The notes beneath the pieces are model-generated. The model was given only the letters and a program-made list of their open reading frames with translations. It was not told the DNA's origin and made no database searches. This document shows, piece by piece, positions 10,912-23,156 of a stretch of DNA of 64,000 nucleotides (position 1 is its first letter; each line of letters begins with the position of its first letter). The stretch is taken from contig JALDZS010000129.1 in assembly GCA_022813965.1 (NCBI GenBank), forward strand, positions 1 through 64,000, given 5' to 3'. Made by a program: the position numbers and the translations under genes. The stretch is from Toensbergia leucococca (lineage: Eukaryota).

Positions 10912-12629
10912 TATTATTAGATAACACATCTGAGAATCTTCTTTCAAATCACGCTGATGTATTGAGTTTAAAGGGTATATGAGAGAAGTCATATCTTTTG
11001 TTACTCTTTCTTATAATATCTTATATTTTCATACTGTATAGTAAAGACATTTATGAAAGCCATTCTTTCTTACTTTATTTTACACTTGACTCTTTATTAG
11101 ACAAGCATTCATTTCAAAATGAAATTCTTTATTCTTACTATTCTATGTACAGATATTTGTCTCATCAGCATGAGACTTGTCATCACCCTCTCTGAGCTCA
11201 CTCATTATCAAATCAGTCTGTACCAATCTGTTTCTTCTCAATGAATCTAGTCACAAAGCTTTATCTTTTTCAAGAACTCTTAAGTTTTTATCAGTCTAAC
11301 ATTTTATATTCTGCACTAGATATTTCTCTTGAACTCACTAGTATTATTGTTATTCACAGCGTTATTGATCATGTTGTTGCTGATGTTGAAGCTTGGTCCT
11401 ATGAGTGCTTGATATATAGTCTCTTAAGCGGAAGTGGCCGTGGATGCAGACGTAGAAGTGAATTGCAATGCCTGAAAGGCCCGGCACTAGATAGTGGCTA
11501 AGTAGATAGACTGAATGCCTAGGAGATGAAATGGGATGGTGGCGATATCAGGCTTCGGTGAGCTGGTACTTATTGACCTGCTGAGTGCTTTTGAAGTATT
11601 TCCTGTACTACTGATTGTAGGTGAGGGAGTACGTTCCAAGTGGTTGACGGGCCTCTGCGTAGCTGCTTTGAAAGTTCATATGTCTCTATGTAACCTGAGT
11701 TTATTGATTACTCATTCGGCCGGCCAAGCTGAAGGTTCTAACGATTCAGACCTACCCCGCCCGATGATCTAGTGACTGAGATGGAAATTGAACTGTAGCG
11801 GGTCGAAAGTGGGTACTAATGATACCATGAATTGCTTGATGGGTCGTCTCGGAGAAATTATATGAGTATCACTATGTCCGGTAGCGAGAAAAGCCTTCAA
11901 AGGCAGTTTGGATGACTGTCTCTGACAACGTTACCCAAGCCAGCTTGCTAGTGAGGTAGGACTTGGGCCAAGGCCAGCAAGTAGTATAGTTGTAGGATGA
12001 GATAGTTGATGGAGGGTAGTGTCAGGTGTAGGGTGAGGTCAATGAAGATACAAAGAGAAAGGAGGATGTAGTAGTGTTTTCATAAACTCAAACCCATCAT
12101 CTCAGTCTAAAACAAACAAATTTCAACACAGACTTCTTGACATATAATTTCATCCTTCATAACAGATAACTTTTCAAAACAAAAGAGAGGAGGTGTAAGC
12201 ATCAGTCACTTTAAAAGGAATCATCAAATAAAGATTTCTGAAAAAGGAAAAAAGGGTCACAGGAGTGATGAGTCACAAGGGGGTTCAAAAAGTCAGTTGA
12301 ACAGAAGTGAGTGAGTGAAAAAAAAATATCAAGCTTTGGCAAGTTGAAATAAATGAAAGACGAAATGGGTCCTTCAAGGGAATGGGGCTATGAACAGGTA
12401 ATTCTGACTATTTCTGCCAATACATATCATGATACACAGTAAAAAAAATGGCATACAGTCGTCAACTTTTTCATTTTGTTCAACCCTTTCATTCAGCAGG
12501 GAGGATATCTCCATGCTCAGAACTTCAACCCACAACCGTTTAGCCAAAAACGCCATTCCCTTTTCTTTCACTTGCGCCTTTGGCATTGAGAAAACCCTCG
12601 CCCCCTTTCTTCCCCTTTCACCTCACCCC

Positions 12630-13391
12630 CTATATCTCAAGAAATCTCACCTTCCTCGCCACCTCCTTCCCCGCATCCCCAACCCCGGACCCCTCCCTAT
12701 CCATCCGCCTCCTCCTCTCCCCCCTCCTCTGCCTCGCCTCCCGATCCTGCCGGTTCTTGTACTCGACCAACTGCCGCTTGCGGCGCTCGTGTCTCGCAGC
12801 CGCTATGGCAGGCGTAGGGATGAAGCCGACGCCGTTGATGCCGTAGCCGTCGTCTGTGGGGTCTTTGGGGTCGTGGCCGGTGATTTCCGAGTCGGACCAC
12901 CAGAGGTTTGGGGGCGGGTTGGAGGGGAGGGGAGAGGGTGTTCGGGAGAGGAGGTGGGATGGTGAGGTGGTGGGGGCGAGGATGGGGGTTTCGGGGATTT
13001 CGAGTGTGGGGGCTGGGGATTTGGTCGGGGGTGAGGGGGGAGGTGTGGGGGTTTTCTTGGGGGAGATGGTGGTGATTTGAGGTGAGAGGGTTGCTTTCGG
13101 GGAAGGTGTGGGTTTGGCGCGTTTGTGGGCGATTGTGTGGTCGGTGGTGAGGGCTTTGCTGAGGTCGAGTTTCGGCATCGGGGCGGATTGGTGGAGATGG
13201 AGGGTTTGAAGCTGGGTGGCTACTGTCGTGCGAGGGCTGTTTGTTTTGGAGTCGGGGGAGGTGGCGGGTGAGGGTTGGAGGTCGTTTGTTCTGAGGCGGG
13301 AAGTGAAAGAGTGGGGTGGCGAGTGGTTCTCTTCACCTCTCTTGCGTTTAGGTGAGGTGTAGTTGCTGTGGGGTGGGGTGGGGGCCTGCAT
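12630..13391 (-). CDS. Hypothetical fungal protein with Pro/Ser/Thr-rich N-terminus
   Basis: 253-aa ORF. The C-terminal block WWSDSEITGHDPKDPTDDGYGINGVGFIPTPAIAAARHERRKRQLVEYKNR..EARQRRGERRR resembles a conserved Pezizomycotina hypothetical family. Confidence 0.8.
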   Translation of the reverse strand: MQAPTPPHSNYTSPKRKRGEENHSPPHSFTSRLRTNDLQPSPATSPDSKTNSPRTTVATQLQTLHLHQSAPMPKLDLSKALTTDHTIAHKRAKPTPSPKATLSPQITTISPKKTPTPPPSPPTKSPAPTLEIPETPILAPTTSPSHLLSRTPSPLPSNPPPNLWWSDSEITGHDPKDPTDDGYGINGVGFIPTPAIAAARHERRKRQLVEYKNRQDREARQRRGERRRRMDREGSGVGDAGKEVARKVRFLEI

Positions 13392-14148
13392 TCTTCTTTC
13401 TTCTGGGGTTTAAGGTTGGTATTTTGCTTAATTTGGCGGATTGGAGGAAGGGTAGCGACGTCTACAGGCTTCTTGGTTTCTCGGAACTCATTTGATTCGA
13501 ATGTTGGGTTGAAATTAAATTGGTATTCTACTCGAGGAAGAAGTGGGGGATTATGTGTTTACTTATGTGGAAGGAGTAGTACCCGGCACGGGACAACGAC
13601 TCCTCCACATCAAATCCTTCATACTTCACCACTCTACAATCTTCAATTGGTTGAGGAAAAGGAATGTGTACGTCCAGCTACCGCCGCTTGACTCGACTTG
13701 ATGCAATTCTACTCACTATTCTCCGACTTTGTAGCCAATTTACCAAGGCTATTCAAGCATCAAGAATTGTACTCGTCCATGGGCCACTTGAGCTTTCCTT
13801 CTGTTGAATGCACAGAATCGCGGGAACACTTCTGTCACTTCTGTCAAATCTGTAGTGTCAGTTTGGGAAGGAAGGATGCTGGAATACCGAATGAATGCAT
13901 AACGAATACATGTATACTTTATATCCGAGTCTAGGAGTGCATACCTTCACACGGAAAATTGAGAGTGAGAAGCAAGCGGCCGTCTTGAATCGGATTGAAT
14001 TCAACTATGCGTTAGAGGAAGATGACTATGTAGAGGGACACCAGAAAAGCACAGAGCAAAGTGTCTTTTCTTAACAAATACTGCTCAACGCCGGGTTCTG
14101 GATCCACCATCTTAACACCCAAACTCTACAGTCGCCTTTATTTTGTCC

Positions 14149-14728
14149 ATGGACCATCACTAGCTCTTGAAAATAGCCTCCCGACCTGAACCAATTGAGG
14201 AAATTCAAGACACCGCACTACCACGGCCTCCGCTCCTGCGTCTGCCAGTGAATATACGCCTCGATGTATTCGCCATCTACTTTGTAACCATGTCTTGAAG
14301 CTCTGTCCGCACGTTCAACTGCCGCTGCTTATGTTGCGCCGACATCGTCTTCAAGAAAATTAATTGTAGACTGAAGTCTTGAGCATTAATCATCAAATTT
14401 CCAACGAAGAAATACATATTCTACCAGTAATTGTGATTTACTTCAGAAATGTTTTTCCCAAAATATGGAGGCCGACTTTCGAAAATTGCTGCAAGTATTC
14501 TCCTCGATGAACATCGATTTCCGTGGAGGCATACGGAAAGCCGGATTTGCAGTAGAGATACCAAGAATCGCCATTTCGCAAAATGAATGGGAATCGGACA
14601 CTGAAGCTCTTGCATGGTTAGACGTGGACTTTGCGTGGATTTGTAACAACTCGCCAAGTCTCACGACTTCCTCTGCAGTCGAACGTAACATTTCTTCCTG
14701 CCATTTCAAGTTATCGTCGCCAACCTGA
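14149..14728 (+). pseudogene. Possible F-box-like gene relic
   Basis: PRPPLLRLPVNIRLDVFAIYF at about 14221 and LSINHQISNE at about 14380, broken by stops and frameshifts. Confidence 0.4.
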
Positions 14729-14996
14729 GGTGCAGCTGCTTTAATCTGAGCTAAAGTTAAATGATGTCGATGTGATGTTAACGTGATGTTGATGTTATCG
14801 AGCTGATCGCGAATAGGAAATAATTTTCATATGGAATTGCATGAGGATTCAGTTAGTGCTTGACCCCCTTCATTTCAACCAAGTCAGCTTACTTGAGCTT
14901 TTACTTTCTATTGATACCAAGTCACCCAGTACCGAGATGTGCTGCTGTGTGTTCAGAATGAGCTTCGACTTCTTGAGGCTTTCTCTATCTCAATAG

Positions 14997-17256
14997 TCAG
15001 ACAAGCGTTAGTACTTGATATTCGGCGGTACTGAAGTCCTTCATAATCTGCCTATCCATGATCCTGCCAACACCGAGTCGCCGAAAAGTTTCACCACCTT
15101 GTGCTTCAAGAAAAAGAACATCATACACGTCGTGATACATGTTCAGCTTTGTACTCCTGGACCTTCCACCAGGAGCGACCTTCTTCCGCGTCGAGACATG
15201 AAGAGCAAGTGCACTGAAACCATCGTAGCTGCTGAGATGGTCGATGAGATGTGAATTCTCGAAGAGTGCCCAGCCGCCTATAATTCCTGGTGTAGACGGT
15301 GAGCAGACGAAGCGCCAGTCGCCAGCTCTTTGGCAATCCACATTATCTTTCCAAAGTGTGTAGTCCTCTGGAAGTTCAACACCCGTCTCCCGAGTAAGAG
15401 TTTCCACTGTGACGTAGTCCAAATCTTTTCTGACCCTCGGCTCATTTTCATCACGATTGATATTGTTGTCGATGAAAACGAGTTGCGTACGTCCTTTCAC
15501 TATAAGAGAGCCACCTGAGGTCATCAGGTCACTCTGTCCCTGTTCTGACGCTCGCTCGTCGTGATCAATCACAGTGTCCGAAGACCCTTGCGTTTTCAGC
15601 TTCGGCCAATGATTCAGCTTTGAGACAGGATGGACACCAGAAGCATCGACGAGAGCAACGACTTCGAGCTCCTTCATGGGCTTGGCGGCTCGCTGCAGCC
15701 ACCTGACCTCTCCCAGTCGCGCTGCCCACGACCATGAAGGTGCGCCGCAGTTGCACAACTTCTGCTCCTGGCCCGTGGTTTGCCAGAGCAGGCCATGGTG
15801 CAGATCCTCAAGCCAAAGGCCGGAGACATACTTAAGCGATACCAGTTTCGGCGCTTTGGTATTGGCCCTGATGACTTCTCGGAATTCCTGGGCGATGCCG
15901 GATAGTGCGATGATGTGATCCTTTTCCGGTCTTGTGAGGTTGGTCTTGGAATATAATTCGACAAGTCTATACCAATGATCGAATCCAGAAGATCTGAACT
16001 GCGTCCTTAACGCAAGATCATGCTTGTGCGTTACGGTCATCCTCTGCTGCCGCTCACTTCTAGGGGTTTCAGCTTGGCATTCGAAGAACAATTCTCGAGG
16101 CGTGTAGTAAATGATCCTGCGACTGAGAAACCATTCTTGAAAGATCCAACCCCTAGATAGCAATTCACTCTCGCGCACGTCTTTGAGGTATGATTGCGAG
16201 GAACGGTGAGTCGGCCGGTAGAGATAGAAGTATCCTTCTTGGATATTCTTAGAGTTTCGATATGGCAAGCGCAGCAGAGACTGGAAAGGGCGCTCGGAAC
16301 GAGGAGCTAGCATGCCTCTCAATGGTGTACTGCTCGGTGCGGAGATGGTAAGGATAGATTGTTGATAGTAGCGAGCCATCTGTGTGGCTTCCTTCAACCA
16401 ATCTGCACCGTCGTCGCCAGATTGAACGATACAAAGCGAATCTATCCAGAGATAGCGTATTCCAAGGCTCTTTGTAATGCATATAGCGTCTTCGAACATC
16501 TGCGGCAGGCTGTCGAGGTCTCGTCCATTTGTCCTCCTGTCAAAATTGGAAGTCGTTGTTTTGCTCTCTTCGGTAGCGTTGCCCCATCGATGGCTAAGCA
16601 CAACATACGACCCGCGGATAGCAGAAGTATCTCGCAGACAGATTTGCGGCTGCAGGATGTCAATGCATCGTGTCGGTAAAAGGACATCCCGTGCATCGAA
16701 TTGTGTGGTACCTGAAGCTGTCACTCGGCATTGAGGATGAGAAAAACACGAACTTAGCCATTCCAAGATGGTAGATACATGATGGTCCGAGTTTGGGTTA
16801 TCACCAAGATAGCGTCCTATCACGTCTTGATTTCGAGCAGCCGGACTGTCTGGAAGAATTTAAGATAGGCCCAAGACATGCACGAGGACAGAGCAATTGC
16901 ATTTACGTACTCGGACTTGCGGCCAGGCCCAGAAAGATACCTTGACTTCTCTGCTCAGTCTTTGTCTCCAAAGCAGAATCCGCCAGGTAGATTTCAAGTT
17001 CGTGTAGACGCAGTCCAGGCTCTTTGGCAATATTAAGCTCACGCCTCGTAGGTATCACCATCCGCAGCCAGCATTTGCTTGGATGCACTGGAAATGCAAT
17101 GACGCTGGATTGGGTTTGTTCAGTCAAGAAGCTGCAGAAGGCGCAGCCTTCACGCGCAGCCTGTTCAATAGTTGATAACTTGTACGAGCATGCTCCATCG
17201 GGAGCTCGCGAAAAGGCATGCAAGCTGAGATTTTGGCAAGACAGACAGAAATCCAT
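14997..17256 (-). CDS. HET (heterokaryon incompatibility) domain protein; intron 16850-16910
   Basis: AAREGCAFC, LPTRCID, YVVLSHRWG, LPQMFEDAI..LGIRYLWIDSLCIVQ..DW..EA..MARYY, L.SRGWIFQEWFLSRR, YVSGLW, APSWSWA, FRRLGVG. Confidence 0.93.
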
Positions 17257-17484
17257 TATCTGTCATCAGCATCAGCCACGATCTTGTGCATTTAACAAGT
17301 AGTCTTCGAAGCAGATCATGTAATTCATTGCCATTGTTTTTGCCTGCTGCTGGAGTTGCTTTGCAAAAGCAGCTATGACGTAGGTATTCTAGTTCTAGCC
17401 TGGCAAGTGTCTGCCTCACCACCTGGCTGAAGCTTCTGTCTCGCGCACTCGGCCCCTCTTCAAATCCACTCTCCTGCTGATATT

Positions 17485-18800
17485 ATGAACATTGCTATTG
17501 TACAGCTGTTCGACACGACTGGCAGCACAAGCTACTATGATGTATGGTGTGACCGAGCTTTGATTGTGACTCGACTCCAATTCTTCCTTGCTGTGGTTTA
17601 TGCACTTGCTCTCACGGCAGATAAATATGTTCCGAGCACGAATGGTTACTACCATGAACCAATTCCAAGTTGGGAAAAAGTCATAGCCATAGTACCAATC
17701 TGTTTGGCCGCCATCAACTGCCCCCCTCGATCCCTTCTCCAGCTCCGGCTATTCGGCTTTCATCATGACGAGCTCCAAAGGCTACTGGTATTCGCCATCT
17801 CGCAAGCCATTCAGCTCTTGCTATGCACATTGCTGACCGTCGCCGACTTCATCAGACATGGCAATGCGCCCCTGTTCTGGCTCTCGCTGGTTTCTTGGTT
17901 CCTTCCAGCCGTGTCAGCGTTCGTACACGGAGTAATTGGCGTGTATGCTATTTGCTCTCGGTGTCGCCCATACATCGAGCTTGGTCCATCTGAGCCTCAT
18001 CCACAATACAATCATCTCGATGATGATGACGGGCCACTTGCAAGGGCTTTTCACTCGCAGCAGGACTTGAGCCACGCTCCAAACGAAGAGTACACTACAG
18101 AGCCTCCTGTGACCGCTTTACTTGATCATGATGCGAATGAAACCAGGCGGCCAAGCGTAAGTCATTCACTCATGCGAGACAATGAGAATCGACCTGGCAC
18201 TCGAGCTAAGGTCATATTTCAGAGATACTGGCACGGCCATGCTACCCTAGACTCAACAAGTTCTAGCACTCGGTTCCGATGGCAAGAGAAATTGAAAAAC
18301 ATGAAAGATGGCGGAATGGTCTTCTGGTTGCCGTTCACTACTGCGATCGGACTATCGGTGGTCTGCGGTCAGTCTGGTAGTTTCACCATTCGACATACAA
18401 GATACATTACCCCTGAATTCCAAAGGTAGGCCCATCCGTCCTAAACAAATCAGACTTGGCGCACAGAACCAACAGTCTCTACAGGGCAATCTGTATCGTC
18501 ACACTCATTCCAGTCTTGTTTACCCTTTTTGCCAATGTCTTACTAATATTGGCATTGTACCGACCTTGGTTCACTATAATCTTCTTTTCCCTATGTGGCA
18601 CCATCATTGCTGCAATTGCCTGGATCGCGGCATTCATCGCAATGCTCACCACGTTCTCTGACTATCGCCCATATGCCATGGTGTTTCTCGCACCATGTGT
18701 TGCTTACTGCCATTGCGCTCTGACCTATACAGCTCTGAAATTGGAATGGGATCCAGACTATGACTCCCTCATCCGGATGTTCATACGTCTCAAGCGTTAG
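17485..18800 (+). CDS. Hypothetical multi-pass membrane protein; two ORFs in different frames with a junction near 18415-18455
   Basis: 314-aa and 114-aa ORFs, each with several hydrophobic helices. No clean intron found to join them. Confidence 0.5.
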
Positions 18801-19683
18801 CTGCTGGCGTAACGCCGGGAATAGTGCTTCTCGGAAGAGATAGAAGACGAAGGGAGTTCTTCGTTGTTCTGAAGCGCATTTAGACTATACGACCTGGTCG
18901 TTCCGAGATAGAGGACTTTATTTTCTTCTTCTCACAAGAGCTTTATTTCCTTTATCCAGAACAGGCTTAGAGGCCGTTGCCAGCCCGGACCCGCCGAACG
19001 AAAGGAGAGATCTAAGCGGAGAGTAACGAGAGCTCTGCAGAAGATTTATGTGGGTCGTTTATGTCAAGCAGTTTCTTACTGCGTGGCAGTTTCAAAGCGG
19101 TTAGTGAAGAATTCATTGACTGTTCTAACTGCTACTAACCTCGAGACGGGTATCGTGTCTCTGTCGGAAGAGGTTTCTTCGTAGAAGATGATACCTTCAC
19201 CAAAAGTAATCGTCTCGATTACTATGCAAACAACACAGACCATATTCAACGACAGAGAAGCAGCAACGGAAACAAAGCTAATCACTTGAAGTTGATACAA
19301 CAATTTCGGACGGGAGCAAAACTTTTAATGCAGAAATACCTACATGTTTTTGTGGGGTGATTATGACCCGAAGGTATTCGAGTCAACGCAATCACTGAAA
19401 TCCAGGCTTCTACACGGTCTCATGAGCAGATTGTAGAGCATCGGAGGACAGAAATGGATTATTATTCAAGGAGGTATACATTGCTGTCTGGATGCAAATG
19501 GATATCGCGAGCTCATTGAAGAGTCGTTGATCTTACACAATCCATGGCATGAATCAGTCATGGTCCTTGGTGGATGCCCTTGTTCAGACTGGGCAAGGCC
19601 CGATTCTCTTTTCTGTTGTATGCCATTCACGCTCAACAAAGATTATTTTAGAAAATGTCGCACACCAAAGACCAGTTGGTGTA

Positions 19684-19717
19684 GATGCCACCAAAGATGC
19701 CACCAAAGATGCCACCA
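19684..19717. repeat. 12-bp tandem repeat GATGCCACCAAA, about 2.8 copies
   Basis: Seen directly. Confidence 0.8.
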
Positions 19718-20458
19718 TTGGTTGTCTGCTCTGCCTCCTGGATGGCAATGATATTTGCAGACACGATACTCAAATGACACTTCACAAAGTGTCGAGATTG
19801 CCTCCTAATGGAGAATCCGAGATAACGGAAACGACGCGACCATTACTTTTTTTCATTGGACATAATAATCCTTTGCTTGTTGCTTCATGAGATGATGAAT
19901 TTCAGGTAACGTAATCTTCATGATTAAATTTTGTGGGAGCTGAAATAGACTTTTGGAGACACGAAGGATTCCCGCTCGATGTTTGCCCGTAGAAGTAGGA
20001 GATGACAAGATTCGGCAAACTGTAGTTGTTGAGTGTCTGCATGTTTTTTAAAGGACACTTCTGCAAGCCTTTGCTCTCTGTTGTACGGGACACCTGGCCC
20101 GCTGCTTCGCCAGATGCTGCTGCAAGCCCTGACTGAGTGGAAGACCCGTTACTAGGCACTAGGTAGGCAGGGAAATGGTGATGGAATAGGATCAAAGGAT
20201 GAGCCCATGGCGTGAAGTGGCTTTTGGTACCTCGTGCTAATGCCTTTTGCGGCAAGGCTTGTCTTTTTGAGTGTTGCGGGGTAAGGTACGCAGGAGTGGC
20301 AGGTAGGTGGTAGGTACCTAGGCTCATAGGATCGATGGTGTATTACCGCATCATACAACGCCGTTGCTTTGCAAGAATCTCCACCTCGGCCGACGTGCCT
20401 ATAAAGTGCCGAGTACCCTCTACAATGGCGTTAATTCAAAGCCTTCCCATAGCTCAGC

Positions 20459-22298
20459 ATGTCGTTCAAACTTGGTGCTTGCCTTACCCTACTTTACAGC
20501 GCTTTAGCTCTATCTCAGAACTCATCAGCTTCGTTGCCCATTGTCGATCTTGGATATGAGCGTCATCAAGCTTTTTCTTTCAATGTGAGTTTCACAAAAC
20601 ATTAGATGTATTATGGGAGCATGTATTAAGAATTGAGTAGTCGACAGGGGGCTTCTATAACTTTTCCAACATCAGATATGCTGAGCCCCCCATAGGTGAG
20701 CTTCGCTTTCGGGCCCCAATTCCTCCTCAGGGAAACTCAACTGTAGTCGATGATGGAAGCGTGGGTCGCATATGTCCACAGGTATCTTTACGCTTCAATA
20801 AACAATTGTGCCTAACCTACGGAGTACTTACGACTAAATCTAGGCTGGCCCTGCGTGGTTTGAAATTGCAGCGCTTTTCGACCCAGCCTATCTTACAGGG
20901 AAGCCGTTCAACTTATCAGCAGCAGAGGCAGCTCTTGCCAACACTTCTGGTAGCTTACCAGCTCAGGACCCGAGAACGACCGAGGATTGCCTTTTCTTGG
21001 ACGTAGTAGTTCCTCGAATCATATTTGACAAGGCTTCGAATACGACCAATTACACTTCTGGAGCGCCAGTACTTGTCTGGATATACGGTGGCGGATACAC
21101 CGAAGGAGAAAAGAGTGCCTACAATCCCGCTGGGATAATCAAGGCTAGTCAAGACACGGGATCTGAAGGGGTGATATACGTCGCTCTCAATTATCGAGTA
21201 TGTTTCAACCCTACAGCTTCCAGAGCCTTGACTAACACTGAAAAGTTGGGAGCATTTGGCTGGCTAGCAGGGCCAACTCTGCAATCCGATGGAACTGCGA
21301 ATGCTGCTTTGTATGATCAACGCCTGGCGCTTCAATGGGTCCAAGCAAACATACATCTTTTTGGAGGAGATCCAGATAGGGTCACAGTCGTTGGTGAATC
21401 GGCCGGAGGTGGAAGTATTTTCCATCAAATTACGGCATTCGGGGGTCTCAACGGACCAGCACCATTTCAACAAGCTGTTCCCCAGAGTCCGGCATTTCAG
21501 AATATGCCGACAAACCTACAGCAGGAAGAAACCTTTGCTGCCTTCTTGTCGCTACTGAAAGTCAATACTACCGAACAAGCGCGACAGCTACCTTCAAGTA
21601 CATTGATCATGGCGAATATTATACAGGTGGCCAACTCGCCGTATGGAGATTTCACCTATGGTCCTGTTGTCGATGGCCTTTTTGCACCCGCACTTCCTGG
21701 AAAGCTGCTCCTCCAAGGCTCTTTCGACAAGAATCTGAAGATCCTAGTTGGGCACAATGCCGATGAAGGGCTTCTCTTTTCAAGTCCAGCCATTACCAAC
21801 AACACGGCCTACGTTGATTTTATCACTGGAGCATTCCCTGGAATAACCTCGGGTATTGTGAACTACATCGCGAACGTGTTGTATCCGCCCGTGTTTGACG
21901 GGACCTATGGGTACACTTCGGACCTCGGCCGGGAAATCTTGAGTATAGCAGAGTCAACATTTACCTGTAATACCTACTACCTCGACCGAGCGTTTGGCAA
22001 TCAAACATACGCCTATCAGTTCAGTGTTCCACCGGCTCTACACGGCCAAGACATCCCTTATACGTTTTTCAATGGACCAAATGCAGCAGTTTTCAACGAC
22101 AGCACGGCTGTTGCCCTTCAGGAGTACATTACGAGTTTCGCCATGAACGGTGTACCCAGTGGCCCTACGATTCCCCTTTTTCCGTTGTATGGGAACGAAA
22201 GTGAAATCATTGACCTGAATATCACCAGCATATCAGACATTATGGATCCCGCGGCTAGTGTCAGGTGTCTATGGTGGCAGAAAGCACTCTATGCTTGA
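20459..22298 (+). CDS. Secreted type-B carboxylesterase/lipase, 4 exons
   Basis: Signal peptide MSFKLGACLTLLYSALA, LPIVDLGY, NIRYAEPPIGELRF, EDCLFLDV, WIYGGGY, catalytic GESAG, NADEG, LHGQD. Confidence 0.93.
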
Positions 22299-23156
22299 GT
22301 GATGGTGGGCTTCTGGTCATTGGATAATATAAGAGACTAATAGGGCGAAAGCTGATAAGACATGGTATAGCGTACATTGGAAAGATGCTCAGAGTACCTT
22401 TAATAATGCCTGTCACGTAATTTTATATATTCAGTGGAATGTACGCCTCACTGCAATACCTTATGCCATGATTTTTATATAATCAGCTGTCATATTAGTT
22501 CTGTAGCCCATATCCCGTACGAGTACCTTTAGCGGAATTAACTGAAGCCTCTTTACCGGAAGCGGGCAATCAGGTAATGAGATTCAGGACATTACTAGAC
22601 AGTAATTCAATGATCCTGAAGAAAAATGAACAACGTTCTGACAAATTAAATGTTTAAGTTGTCTTTCATACTTAGAAAACATTGTTTTCACCGTGAAGAA
22701 AACATACACATGTACGAGTACAGTAATAGTAAGGTAGCAGTTGTAATATCATTATAAATGTCATTATACTGATTCACATCTTTAGGCATTGATATTCCAT
22801 TCTACTGAATCACTTCTATTCAAAGGCAATGACTCAATGTGATGCAGAGTCAGAACAATTGAAATGAGAACATTTTCATGACATTATCGTGCGGGTATAA
22901 GGGGTATGACGCAGTAGGTTCGGCAGAATCGGAATACTTACTCGTAACATGAGTTACACAACACTATGTTATATACCTCATATGATCATGAAAGCTGGCT
23001 ACTCATGCAACCTCATCAGGTCTTGAGTCAAGACTCGTACTGTGATTGATGACGGTAATCCTGGTGTCTACCTTGCCTGCATGTTCTTAAGTCTCTGATC
23101 TTGTTGCTGTTTCATCTCTCAATATTCTATGACATGAGCTGTTTTCATGAGGCGTA

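Larger units (their letters stand above)
9100..11350. mobile_element. AT-rich degenerate repeat island hosting nested solo LTRs
   Basis: High AT, very few CpG, no credible ORF; boundaries approximate. Confidence 0.75.

Noticed and set aside
12429..13080. + strand ORFs of 178, 88 and 74 aa
   Set aside because: Antisense shadows of the 253-aa gene in low-complexity skewed DNA
18900..20330. Short ORFs between the membrane protein and the esterase
   Set aside because: No recognisable motif or consistent exon structure
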